Assembly (NCBI GenBank): GCA_002633005.1
Contig: NMRA01000003.1
Coordinates: 386,129 to 450,128 of the forward strand
From: Phoronis australis
Lineage: Eukaryota > Animalia > Phoronida
Length of the DNA: 64,000 bases
Reading direction: 5' to 3'
Shown here: in pieces, positions 22,925 to 35,745 of the stretch
Position numbering within the stretch: the first letter of the stretch is position 1
Layout: each line of letters opens with the position of its first letter
The notes under the pieces: model-generated
Seen by the model: only the letters and a program-made list of their open reading frames with translations
What the model was told of the DNA's origin: nothing
The model's database searches: none
Translations under genes and position numbers: made by a program

Positions 22925-24991
22925 CAGGGCTCGACATAACGAAATGCGAGCTGAGATTTTTGTCAGCTCGTATCAAGTCGCAAAATGCGACCTGGAATTT
23001 CCAACGAATGCGAGCTGAGTTTTTACACTTCTCAACAGATACCTGGCAAATACAAAGCAGCTCATGTTAATCTGATCGTTATTTGGTTGTTGCCAAATCC
23101 AAGTTCAAAAGAACACTAACCGAGAACAGCCCTCCCGATGACTTGTAAGCAAGTTGCGTGAACATGGGATATGCAGAATCGATCTTTGACGCGTTTCATT
23201 GGCTAACACTTTCGGCCACTTTTGTAAATTCCCGGATTCTCCGAAGAAAGTTTCAGGCCACTGCTTACACGTGATAAAACTTCACAAAACAACTTTGTTT
23301 CTATTAATTCTTAAGCGATCAACTTACCAAACTTTGTGGTGGACAAAAATGTTTATTTTTCACAGAAGATGTCCTTATTACATGTACCAAATATCCACGA
23401 CAATATCCCTGATATGGCACTGCGGCACCGTAGCGCACATGCGGTCCCGGCAGACAATCGTGACTTAGACTGAGATGTGCTTCTCCTTTTTATCGTATTA
23501 CGACAGCCAAAGTGAAAATGACAACCTTATTAATCGCCAAACGACGGTCACGTCTTTACTTTCAGTTACCAAGAAATTCTCAAACCCTTTACTTAATGTT
23601 TCTGGGGCTACGTGCGCGAAATATGATTTGTCTTTCACACGTTGTTGCCAACGTAAAGTGTAGCCTACTCCAGCGATTCAAGTGCGTGAACTCACGCGAG
23701 CGCACCACTTCAAAGAACAGCGACAGTCCTAAATGAAAAAGTATACCAGCTTGGCTCTAGTTTATTTGAAATTGAACTCAGATTCCCAGCGGTTTAAAGA
23801 CCCGATGTCCCGGGACCGATGTAACCCAGAAATGATGTTTTCCTGTTACGATGTTTCCCGAGGTCGATGTTCTGTAAACCCTGTATTCTATGCCCGTAGC
23901 CAGCTATTGCAACTAAACTGGCACTAGATGCGAAATTGTGGTTCAAGTTAGTGAACTTTTCATTCTTCTCTTTATACACCCCCCCCGGCAAGTTTTCATT
24001 CCAGGTAGCTAAAAAGGGTACAATGTAGGTGGTAACGATATCCAGAAAGTCACCCCTATGCTAGATGGAGTTTGCCTCGCAAAATCGTATTATTATAACG
24101 TTTCTTACCATTGCAGCGTTTTAATATCTTATTACCGCAAACACTGAGGTTAACGACTATGCTCACGCACAAGCCTACTCCCTACCTTTAAAGTGTTTCA
24201 TAATAAGCGCTCACTGATCTATTAAAAGTCCCCCCTTAAATTTTGAGAATTTCCAATTAAGCGCCCACAGTTCAAGCTAGCGCCCATCATAGCGCACTAC
24301 AAACGACCGCATGTGGTTTAAAATTGACACGCAGCTTATATGGTGTGTCACTTTCATTTTACACAACTTCAGTTTTCAAAAACGTCTTTTCACAATATGT
24401 AAAAACCAAATCCCGGCTTTGTTTTATACCTCGGAAAGAAAGTTAACACTAGTGACATGCGTGTCGTTTTGTGACTGACCTATTTTTCCTGTACTTGGAA
24501 GGCATTGTGGAGCAAACTCGCCATTACCCGAGTTAGTTTGAATCGTTAACGACTTTGATGACAGCCAGTAGCAGGCCAGGTCTAACAAAATCCCGGATAC
24601 TTTTTCAACGGGCATTTTCTCCCTTTTCACATCGCAAATTTAGCTACTCGAATGCACAAGTCAGTTAGAGAGCACTGATTCAACTTTCACGTCGGCAACT
24701 TGCCTTGCGCTCTAGAGTCTTTCAATGGCGGTCGTGAAGAACAGTAAGGCCGTACCTGCATGAATGAAGTCAATTTTGAGATCCGAAATTTGTGAGTATT
24801 TAACGCTGCAGGTAAGAGCATAATCTAAACATTTTCTCGATGATCTAAAAAATCTATTTTGGCGCGTAAAAATGGCGGGAAAATTTTGCGACCTGGCATT
24901 TATGAATGCGAGCTGGATTTTGAAAATGCGACCTGGGATTTTGGCTAGGTCGCAAAATGCGACCTGGCGATTTTAATAGCGTCGAGCCCTG
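22925..24991 (-). mobile_element. Non-autonomous hAT-like DNA transposon, family A copy 2 (inverted, 5-bp TSD)
   Basis: Same TIRs, reverse-complement homology to 1782-4659 along its length, flanked by AACTG on both sides. Confidence 0.9.
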
Positions 24992-26036
24992 AACTGCTAA
25001 ATAAGTTTTCATGGTCAATATGCTTTGTCCTTAATTTAGTAATAAGGTCAACAGTCAAAATTTTAGTGCTTCTTTTTGTAAAACATTGAGGTAAAATTCC
25101 AGAAAAATTCCAGACTGTTGTGAGTATTATTTAACAGACCAGTACACTTGATGTGTTTCCTTCTAACAGAAAGTGGGAAATATGTACCGGCATCTAAATT
25201 TACTGGTTAGTCTTTGACATGAGCTTAAGGCTCCGTCAGCTCTCTGAACGTTTGAGCCGGTCCTAAACTGTTGATGAAACTGATTGGAAACAAATAGAAA
25301 CTTTGTGCATCTATGCGACATCATAATCTCATGAATTTAGGGCACAACATGGCGGACAGGTGATATTATTTTGATTTTTCAATGACTTGAAACTTTCCCG
25401 TAGCAAAAAAATTTGATGATATTCCATGTTCAAGTTTTGGAAAATTTTGGTCATTTTGACAATCATTTTCCCTGAAAGTGGTGAGATTTGACTGTATTCA
25501 ATGTTCTTACTCTGGGTAAGTGGCTTTAACATTTATTCAGTTCCCAGTTTTAGTCTGTGCATTTTCATGTCCTGACATTATCAGGGTCCCGTTAGTCAGA
25601 TGCAGTTGTAGTGCTGTGTGCGTAATAAGTTTGTGGGCACAGCAAGAAAGGACATGCCAAAACATTCAAAGAGCTGTAACATTTGTATCAAGCATTTTGA
25701 CTCTTTGTGCTAGTGCAAATTCAAGGAAATAGCGTGGAATTAATCCAAGTATGCTAAGTGTCCGCGTTGTCAATATTGAATGGGACGAGGTCAGGTTAAA
25801 CTTAGCTAAGTCAATAAAAAAAAACGCTAACAAAGTGATTTATGGAACGCTGTTATATTGTTCAAAAGAAGAATGTATTGAACTCTAGTCACACATTGCT
25901 AACCAAAAATTACTTCTAATTTTGATCTTGTCAAACCTGAATTTGATGCAAGGCTAGTTGTATATGCGAAAGTTGAATCAGCACTCTCAAATTGATATGT
26001 GTATTTGAGTAACTGAGTACATGCAACTTGAAATGA

Positions 26037-26425
26037 AGGCCCTTTCACACTAACTTAACTCCGGTATGAGCGTAGCATCGACGTAAACTGCGAAGTTCAT
26101 GCCATGTTCGGTAGTTAACGGCTTCGAAGTAAATGGTAGGTGACGATGTCGTCATTGAAGTAATGGCAAGGGAGCGCTGATGCATCTTGTGCACCCTAAT
26201 ATTTTTTTGATGTGACAATTTGAGAACATTTAGGTGTTGTGATAATTGACATAAAACTTATTTCCAATTTAATTGTTTACGATAATAGTGGCCCCTGGTG
26301 AAAACTTCTATGAGACCGAAGTTGACCATTCATATCGCAACGTTGACGATCGGCTGTTAAATCCATTTGTTTACTGCAACGTTTAATGGTGTTGTAACTT
26401 TGACACGTCAACGTTAGTATGAAAG
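26037..26425 (+). mobile_element. PIF/Harbinger-like MITE copy 1, interrupting a decayed family A fragment
   Basis: AGGCCCTTTCACACTAAC terminus; reverse-complement homology to 52660-53165; flanks (25967-26035, 26426-26545) resemble 2070-2280. Confidence 0.7.
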
Positions 26426-27034
26426 AAAATAAAAGCGGAAAAGATATACGACAAAATTCTAGGTCTAACCTGGCAATGAATTAACGTAGGTAAATCTAAA
26501 TGTAAACTCCATCCTTTTGTTCGCAGTACGAATTTTGCTGTTTGAAATGATTATTAAAACTTTTTGTCTCAAAACTTCCATAGGGCACATTTGCTTATAA
26601 GCAAAGATTAACATAGATTATCTCCACATGGGAAATTTTAAGAAGACATCAAAAGCAATGTCACATGACCATTTCTGCTTCAGAAGAGAGCTTCATTCTG
26701 CTTTCCTTTCTCAGAAATTGTCTCATTCAGCTGAACTATTTTTGAGCAGAATCATGAATTTTTTACGACATGTTGTGTGGCAATTATAGGTGAGCGGAGA
26801 TCACGGTCTCACCTTCTGATGACGACGTTACGTTGTATGTCCTGACTGAATGATGTGATGCACAGGAATGAAGTACAAATTTCAAAAGAAAAAATCTTGT
26901 GTCTTTTTTGATATTATATTCAATAATTAGAATTTTCATTGCCGAGTGATTTGAGTGTACTCCCTTGGCACTGAATATAGAAAAAATAAATCAAGTCTTT
27001 GGCCTCCAGGGTACTGTAAACAAGGACAGGATTT

Positions 27035-27385
27035 AGCTCTTAAAACTGCAAGAAAAGAGGTTTTTTTTGAAAAATGAATTTTTCGAAGCGTAGTATAATA
27101 GGCAGTGAATGAATGTAGTCTTTGGTAGGTGTCAACATCATGAGCATTTTTAACGCAATGGAGAAGATTCTAACAGAATGTGATGTCCCTAGCGATGACC
27201 ATAATAACTTGTGGCCATAATAATGCTGCGACTTGAAATTGATCTGGGTTGGAGCTTGAAACTGCACCTTGCTATTTTGAAAATCACTTCTGAGAAGCAA
27301 ATTACAGGCTGGCACAGTAACTGAGCAATTGAAAATTCTCAAAACCAGGTGGTGTACATTACCATACTCTGACACTGTCAGGAAA
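27035..27385 (+). repeat. Old dispersed repeat (relatives at ~30555-30950, ~13700-14010 and its duplicate ~18220-18520)
   Basis: GCTCTTAAAACTGCAAGAAAAGAG is shared with 30555. A GAAGATKCYAACAGAMTGYGAT-like block is shared with all copies. This copy ends in a short CTGACA..TGTCAG hairpin. Confidence 0.65.
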
Positions 27386-28275
27386 GTGAAAATTTCCTAC
27401 CATGTCTCATCGGTTTGCATCTACTGATTTTCAATTATCATCACACCCCTAGTTTGTGGTGTTTATCACTTAACTGTTATGTGGATGTAGGTGTAGCGTT
27501 AAATTGCTTCATGGAGCTAGGTTTTAATTTCACACTGCATGCAGGTTCATTACTAGTTCTGGGACCATATTGGTTTGGAATTTTGATCTCATTGTGGCCT
27601 TGTACTGCATTCGTGTTTGAGTTTGTTACCATAAATCTAACCAGTTTTGGATGCTATGTGGTGGGTAAGGGGAATTAGTCTTTCTTCTTTTCATTAAAGA
27701 TCAGTAACACCAAATAAAGGCTATTGTTTTTAAATCCCCTACCTTAGATATGAACAGACTCTGTTCAGAATAAAACTGCGCATTCTGAATTATTGTTAGA
27801 TGCATTTTGAAAAATGAAAAAATGAATAGTGTTTAGGATATCTTACTGCTTTACACTTAATAAATTGATATTAAATTTCTTGGTACACGTGTCAGGACAT
27901 GTGCATTTCGTGCTGCACTTTTATACTAATTACAATATAAATCCGTCATTTTCCGTGTGGTTGGGTTTTTAGCTTGAAACCCAAGTAGCGGTATTGCCTG
28001 GGGAGTTGACAACAGTCTGCTGTTTATAATTGCTCGTTTACCTGTTCCTCGATTCCTTGCTTCACTGGAATTGGTTAGGCTAAAATCTGTGTCCAGCCAG
28101 GCAATTAAACTAGCGCAACTTGCACCTGGGGCAACAAGCACCATCAGCTGAGTGCCCACCATGTAACAAGTCATGACTGGTGTCCAGGCAGCAATAACAG
28201 GGTGGAATACACAGCTGTGGATAGATCTCCTTGTAGTTTTAGCTGAGCTCAACTTTAAAAAGTTAAGAAGTTGAA

Positions 28276-28524
28276 CAGGGCTTGGAATTTTCCTCTTTTA
28301 AGAGGATTTCTTCTTTTTTGGTTTCAATTTCCCCTTATTTAATTTTTAATTTCCTCTCTTTTCCTCTCTTTTTTATCATTATTTTGACTTTATTCTGCAA
28401 AAATGGTTATTTCAATTAAATTTTACATCATAAAAAATATTCACACAAGCCTGCTTACGTATCTGTGGAATGATACATCACCTGGAAAATTTTCCTCTTT
28501 TTGTCATTGGTCATTCCAAGCCTG
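28276..28524. mobile_element. Small hAT-like MITE with 6-bp TSD
   Basis: CAGGGCTTGGAAT...ATTCCAAGCCTG, internal TTTCCTCTTT repeats, flanked by GTTGAA on both sides. Confidence 0.75.
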
Positions 28525-28823
28525 GTTGAAGTGAGATTTTTCCCTTGGAAACTTTTCTATGAGAGGTTACATATAAATCACCTGTTTGGTGTTAGAATAT
28601 AAGTATCTGTTTTGTTGTCTCTTTGGCAGGAGATAGGTAGGATTCTTTGTGAAGCCTTTTCATGGCGTTTGATTGTCGCAGCACTGTTTCTTCCTCATAA
28701 AATCCTAGAGCAAATAGCAGCTCTCGTGTTGCAAAAATATCTGTTGGTATTCATGAGCTGTAGCTCAAGTGGTTGTTGCTTTTAACTTTATACTTGATGT
28801 TGTAGGGAAGCAAATACGTAATA

Positions 28824-29050
28824 AGGCCCTATGACTGCTTGTCAATGATTTGGTGAGCTGTGGTCAGTATGAATGGTCAACTTTGGTCTCATTGAAGCTG
28901 TCAGCAGGTGCCACTGCTATCAGTAATTAGTCGATGGTCACCTACTTCGATGTCGGATAACTACCAAAGCTGGTACAAATGGTTCAATGAACTTCACAGT
29001 TTACATCGTCGCTCCTCTAATACTGGAGTCGAGTTAATATAAAAGGGCCT
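28824..29050 (-). mobile_element. PIF/Harbinger-like MITE copy 2 (internally deleted)
   Basis: AGGCCCT...AAAAGGGCCT ends; shares GGTCAACTTTGGTCTCAT and AACTTCACAGTTTACATCG with 52660-53165. Confidence 0.65.
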
Positions 29051-30011
29051 TTAGATATAATCAACACAGATGGATATTCTATTAGTTATGGTTCTTTTTG
29101 GTTATTTAAATTTTCATTTGAATTATACTTTGACTTCTTGTTGTTGGTGGATTTTTTTAATGTATTGAAGTGTTTCTTTGGAGTTCAGCGGTACAGAATT
29201 CCATGGATTTGTTGAGGAGCTTAACGAGCTGATATTGAAGACAACCTAAACGTTTAAGTAGATATCTAAATATTAACCAGGATCTGCTATTTATATATCA
29301 CCCTCACAGGATCTCCTCTGTCACAACAAATTAGTAGAAACTGGAGTTAAACTGGTAGAATTCTAAAGGGCAAGGCTATAAAGAGGAGAGATTTTTCAAG
29401 GTTGAAATAAGTGATGTGATCATGATTTCCCTAACGGGCTTGGTTTCATGATTTTATTTAATACTTACCGTAAACATTAAGTCAACAGCCTGGTCGTTTG
29501 AATAGGTAAACTTGAAAATCTAGAGGTGACCGCTTAACCCAGAGATGGGCCCTTAAATGAGAAATTTTAAGAAATTCGAGATGGGTGCTTTCCCAAGATG
29601 GGCACATAACCTAATCCAGACAGTTGCTCTGGCCACCACAATTAGTCGCAAGGCGTAGTTGAATTAGCGCTGTCTAACTGACAGATGTTTTAGAGTAGTT
29701 ATTAGTGTACAACTTTTAAATAGGAAAAAATGCACATTTCACAAATACCCGCCAAAATTCTAGATCTGACCTGCCATTTGAATGTCATCAAATTGTTTGT
29801 ATGGACAAATTTAAATGCAAACTCCTTTCTTTTGTTCACAGTTCAATTTTGCTCCTCAAACGATTTAAAAACTTCCTCCCAAGTAACTTCCACGAGACGT
29901 ATGCGTATTGATGGGTGGTAACGAAGTGCAAATTTCACAATAAAAATTCTGCATTATTTTAGTTACGTATTCAATAATAAAGCCTCGAAATACTTCAACT
30001 GTTCAGATTGT

Positions 30012-30421
30012 TGCAGTCCAAACTGGTGCCCAAGGCAAACTGATGCCATCAACCTTTGGCAGTGTTGTGGGAACTAACGGTCGCTTCAATATGGCACAGG
30101 CCGGTGAGCCAAACTGATGCCTGTGCCAAACTGAAACGACCATTAGTTCCCAAAATGCTGCCAATGGTTTATGAATTTTTAACGCTTATCAGAACAGAAA
30201 TTGACCACAATTAGTGCTCAGGTGTTCAGGTCATATGCATTAATCACATGGGGGAAACGTACTGAGAAAATGTTACGCACCTGACTCTGCTCTCATTGTT
30301 CATGGTCATTGTTCAATTTCAGTTCTGATAACTGTTAAAAAAACAATAAACCATTGTCAGTAATTTGAGAACTTACTGTAGCTTCTAAGTGAGCTTAGCG
30401 CAGGCTTCAGTTTGAGCTGCA
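30012..30421. mobile_element. Palindromic element with a duplicated, inverted arm
   Basis: Ends TGCAGTCCAAACTG and CAGTTTGAGCTGCA. Arm 30110-30210 is complementary to both 30050-30101 and 30310-30420. Confidence 0.65.
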
Positions 30422-32700
30422 TCATGGATTTCCTACATCGGATGATTCGAGATTGTCCTTATAGTACAGAATATGTGGAAAAAGTAATTTGACTAAAAAA
30501 TGTTTCATGATCCCTGCAAGCCTTTTGGTGTAGGCAGTAAACAAGGCTGGGGTTTGGCTCTTAAAACTGCAAGAAAAGAGTGCTCTTGAAACATTAGTTT
30601 TGTTGTAGTATTGAATGAGACTGTGGCTGACTATATTTTGGTAGGTTTCAATTTCAGCAATGGTGTCATTTTTAATGCACTGCAGAAGATGCCAACAGAC
30701 TGTGATATCCTCGGCGACAATCGTAACTAAACTGTAACTAAATTGATTGCGTTCCCACATTTGAAAGCAAACCTTTTTGTTTTAAATATCAGTTTGGTGT
30801 TTGCAAATAAGGGGTGTACGCTTACCTGAATATTCTCAGAAGTAGAGGGTAATGGCTGAGCCAAACAATGGTTGGTAAAAAGTTGGGTTTGGGTACTTAC
30901 ATGAGCATTAAGGTTAACCTGTATATTCGGGGTCCTTATGTCAGGACAACTATCCACCCTCATATTTTACATTATACATTAGATGTTTCCACAAAATTTG
31001 CATTTTATACAGCAAAATAGCTGAAAGCTCCTAAAAAACCCTCATCCCATGAGATTAGCAATCGGCACGATCTATTATGGCTAATTCTACAGTTTTAAAA
31101 CCGTTATATACCCGCCTTGTGTCAAAAAATAGCATATGTACGATTTACCAACTTGTAACTTTTAAGAAATTGGTCCGTTTATCATTTACTCCTATTTTAA
31201 AGGGTTGAAAGAGAACTAATTGGTAATGTTTTTGCTTAAGACCAGATTGGTGTAGTGGGTCATTTTTTCTACCGAGAATGGTCACTAATATTTAACAGCT
31301 GTCTGTACCATGCTTTCTAATCCCAGAGACCGCTTCCAATTTGATTTCGGAACATTAGTTAAATCCAATTTCACCATGGTAAATGGTTTAAAACTCTGAT
31401 CTGCAAATTACATTTCAAAGGGAGGTGGGTATACTGTAGCTTAAAACAGTCTGTTGGAGACAATATTGTGCAACCCAGTATTGCTGGGTTGATTATTTGA
31501 GAACTTTCAGGAAAGGAAATGGACACATGGCAGTTGATGAACTTTTATTAAAATCCTGGAGTCTGGCTGTCAACCTTTAAAATTCAGCAGTCTGGTTGAC
31601 AAACAGATGTTAGCTTGTTAAAAGCCTGTGGAGCGACCTTCTAAATATAGTCTGAAAATGTCTAAATGCTGTTTTGGCCAAGTTTTTCTTGCAGTCTGCA
31701 TGTTTCCAAGTTCTTGTTTTGAAAACCTTTGAATCAGGTTGTCCATCAAATGAATACCTTCCCCCAGTAAAACCAATGCTGGTTCTGATGGTTCACTAGA
31801 AAATATAAGCTTGACAGCTTGACAGCTTGACTGAAAAGTTTCAAATGGTATGGTGTGACTATCAGATATGTTATCATCTAATACATAACCATCAGATACA
31901 TTACCATCAAGTAATGTGAATGACACCTGGACTGTCTGGATACACACATGAACATGGGAGCTCTTTTGACAACTGAGGTAATTAATCTAACTGTAATACA
32001 ATTACACATACACACCCTGGTAACATATTTGTGTCAACAACTTGGGGCTCCTTATGTTCCATTCTATGTTTTCATGATGAACAGCAAGTATCATGTTAAC
32101 AATATCATCACCCAAGAGTTCTGTTGCCAATTGGAAATTGCCTGAAATAATCGTGGTGTGTAATCCCAAGAATTTATTTTCTATTGGAACACCAATTTGT
32201 TGGGATTCTGGGGGGTCCACCAAATTTGTAAGATTAATAGGGGTATTTATTCACGAGGTGTCCTTTTTTATTCAATTAATAGTCCAAGCCAGAGTGCTGT
32301 GGACCAATAGTAGTATACAGCCTGTGGTCTGACACTATTCAATCAACGATACTAAATATTTTATCAACCTCACAGATAGCTGTCTTTTCAAGGTTGTTAT
32401 GCCTAGGAGACTACAGAACTTGCTGAGATTCTCTGTTTCAAGTGGAGACTCAATAGATTAACGGAAATAATTCATGGAAAAAGATACCTCTGATATTTGT
32501 GGGAATCTGACATACATGGGAACCTTTCTACTGTCAATAGCGATGCATAGGACATGTTGATGCTGGTGATAAAGCAGAATTGATAAATATTCATGTTATT
32601 GACTTAACATTGACCATAATTATTATGGCTGAAGGTTTTTCTGTGACTGTTATTGCAGTGTTTATTAACAGAAAAATTGCCTCTTTTCCTTGTCTAAACT

Positions 32701-32854
32701 CATAGGCGGATCCAGGGGGTCGAGGGGGTCTGGACCCCCTTTGTCCCTTGATTAGTGATATCAAGTCTTGAATTTTCAAATTAATGTCTTGGACCCCTCT
32801 TTTTAAAAAATCCGTAATCCGGTTCCCCTTTTAAAAATCCTGGACCCACCCCTG
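32701..32854. mobile_element. Small CATAGGCGGATCC-type MITE
   Basis: CATAGGCGGATCCAGGGG...CCTGGACCCACCCCTG with internal GGACCCC repeats; no clear TSD. Confidence 0.65.
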
Positions 32855-34597
32855 TATATTTAGACTGTGAGTGAGAAGAAATTGTCTTTTTAAATGACAG
32901 ACTTTTTTGTTGAAGTGATGCTGTACAATACATGGATATTTCTCATTTTGAAAGTTAGTTCTGGACACTCTGGCACTAATATCCCAATCCTGGTCATTGA
33001 AGTCATGAAAATCAAATGTCTGTTTGCACCTGGTAGTTATGGCTCCAAGTCTATTCACCTGCCATTAAATGGTAGATATTATTTAAGTGAGAGAGTATAA
33101 ATCAGAAATTGTCATTTACATTCCAATCATCAGATTGTTAAAGTGAATCCACAGCCATTAGCTGTTGATAGTGTTGCGACCTTCAACGTTCCTGTCACCT
33201 TTCTGTTTGTGGTGCATTAAAACACCATGATGGAAGTACCATAGCCAACCGATATGTAGTCTACAATAAACAAATATTATCAACCATTTTTCAAGCTTTC
33301 AGCAAATCTGAGTATTTAGCCCAAATATCAAGAAAAATGCAGATTTTTAAAGCAATCTATTTTCTGAAAACAGAAATGCTGTAGAATTTGATTATTAACT
33401 TTTTATCAATCTGACATTAATTTGGTAATATTGTGAGCATGTCTTTAGTAAAATTTAGGAAAAATTGAAGGTAGCAATAGAATGGTATCAATGACATGAC
33501 CAAATTTCATCTCGTACAAATGGTTATAGTGAAATCTCAAAAACACCATTACAAATTTCTAAATTCTCGTTTCGTTTTTGTTTTATGGCAATTTCTGAGT
33601 TTTTCCATAAATATCACATAACAGCTATAGCTTCTTGTGCAAAAGTGGAACGTTTTAAAAACAACAATTTGTAGAACAGTGCATAAAGCACAGCAACGAA
33701 AACTCTGTTTCACATGAATCCGATCAGCCATTTCTGAGATTTGATGTTCCGAAATTAGCCAAAGGTTATACAGGACTTTACTGACAAGACTGCATTCAAC
33801 TAAATGTTTTCAAAATTATAGAATTCAACGTGTTGAAAATATATTTTCCGGAAAGTATACACCCTGTAAGTGGGTCACATGGCCATGTCTTTTTGGGAAA
33901 AAGTGTCAAAAAGAATGACACATTCTGACAAAACAGCAATAGCAAGTACATGACTAAATTTTGTTTGGTATAAATGTTCCTGATGAAATCTCAAAAACGA
34001 TGTTACAGTTTTCTAAATTATAATTTTGTTTTTGTTTTAGTAATCAATTTTTATGAATCCATGTATTCGAACGATCAATCGACAACTTTAAAAATGTTTT
34101 ATGCATACTAAACCTCTTTGCCGTTTTTTCAATTGGCTGATACTGGTAACATAACTCATATAAGATGAGCCACTACATCACCAAATGTCAGTAGTTAACA
34201 AAAAAGCATTCTTCAGGTGGCTTACATATTGCATGTTGTGCCCGTTTGTTAAACATGGGTATTGTGTGGGTATCCTTGTCTTTGGGCCGGAATGTGCATA
34301 ATCATGACATAGACAAAATCGCATTCCGTGCACAAGTGGCCTAATATGATTATTGTTTGCAGGCCTCTCAGGTGGGCCCGTTGCACTGATCACCTAGTCA
34401 CCTGCAACCATTGATTTATTTAAACATAATGAAAACCGAGCTGAGGAGTTAAGAGACCTCCAGTAGTGTGGCCCCAATGGGTCTAAAAAAAACTGCCTTG
34501 AATAAAGGAAACGGACTCTTAAAGAACCCGTTAGGCCACACCATCTTCTCCCAGGGCTTGTCGCTTGATACACTGAGTCACATTCATGGTGGTGAGT

Positions 34598-34905
34598 GTT
34601 GAGAAGCAAGCTCTTGAGAGCTGCACCACCAAACAATGTTTGGTAGTGCGGCTCTCAAGAGCTTGTTTCTCAACCCCTTGAGAGCCGCACTACCAAACAG
34701 TGTTGGGGCTGAGAAGCAAGCTCTTTAGAGCTGCACCACCAAACAATGTTGGGGTTGAGAAGCAAGCTCTTGAGAGCCGCACCACCAAACAATGTTGGGG
34801 TTGAGAAGCAAGCTCTTGAGAGCCACACCACCAAACAGTGTTGGGGTTGAGAAGCAAGCTCTTGAGAGCCACACCACCAAACAATGTTGGGGTTGAGAAG
34901 CAAAC
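34598..34905. repeat. 46-bp minisatellite containing one inverted unit
   Basis: Unit GTTGAGAAGCAAGCTCTTGAGAGCCGCACCACCAAACAATGTTGGG; 34637-34677 is the reverse complement of the unit. Confidence 0.92.
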
Positions 34906-35619
34906 TTCGAGCTGGGTTACCGCACCAGAAAAATGTGGGTGAAGTGCAGAAATTATGTGTGACAATAAAGAGTGCACTAAGATGGCAATGTCTATCAAGA
35001 AAATGAAACAAACAATTATAGCAAAGTATGAAACAAACGAGCTACACCTATAAAGTAACACAAGTGGTTACAGAACACTGTTTTAGGGTAATAATGGGCA
35101 ATTTTTAGTCACATTATATAAAGAACATCCTGAAATAATTAACTAGCCAAAGTAGTAATTAATACTTTCCACTAGCCTGTGATCTGTTAACTCCGAGGAT
35201 ACAATAAAATAAACAAAAAAAGTTTTTCGCTCCCTGGTCATACTTTCATTTCCATTGCAATGGTTGGTTTGTGAATATGTATCTACCTATATTTAAAATT
35301 TAACACTGGGTGTGGTATCTATAATTTAAGACAGAAAGTTCACACGAATTCCGTCTGCTCTGCTCCATTACACTCATTTCGGCACTGCCTTTATCCCAGG
35401 TAGTTCACCTTGCCTTTATTCAGATTCGAAGTGTTCTTTTTTTCTCGCAGATCGTTTTTTTTTTGGACGCGGAGGGAGGCTGGCCAGTTTCGTACTGGTG
35501 TTTTGCCTTGGTGATGGTAGTGCATCAACTTGATGGCCTGGATTACGTCAATCCGCTCAACGTAATTTCACTCCCTCCAGTTTCCACTGCATACATACTT
35601 CTTCCGGCCTGTCAGCTTC

Positions 35620-35745
35620 ACGGCAATTATCACCTATGTTATGTCCCATTTCGCCCATATTTTGTTTTGACTCATTTCACCTGTGCTTTGTTTTGTCTCA
35701 TTTCACCTGTGCTTTGTTTTGTCTCATTTCGCCCATGTTTTGTCA
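35620..35745. repeat. 26-bp minisatellite (4-5 degenerate units)
   Basis: TTTTGTCTCATTTCACCTGTGCTTTG repeated in tandem. Confidence 0.8.

Noticed and set aside
34670-35061. Repetitive ORFs (also 35463-35891 and 58290-58541)
   Set aside because: Their periodicity comes from minisatellites; there is no splice context or recognisable domain.
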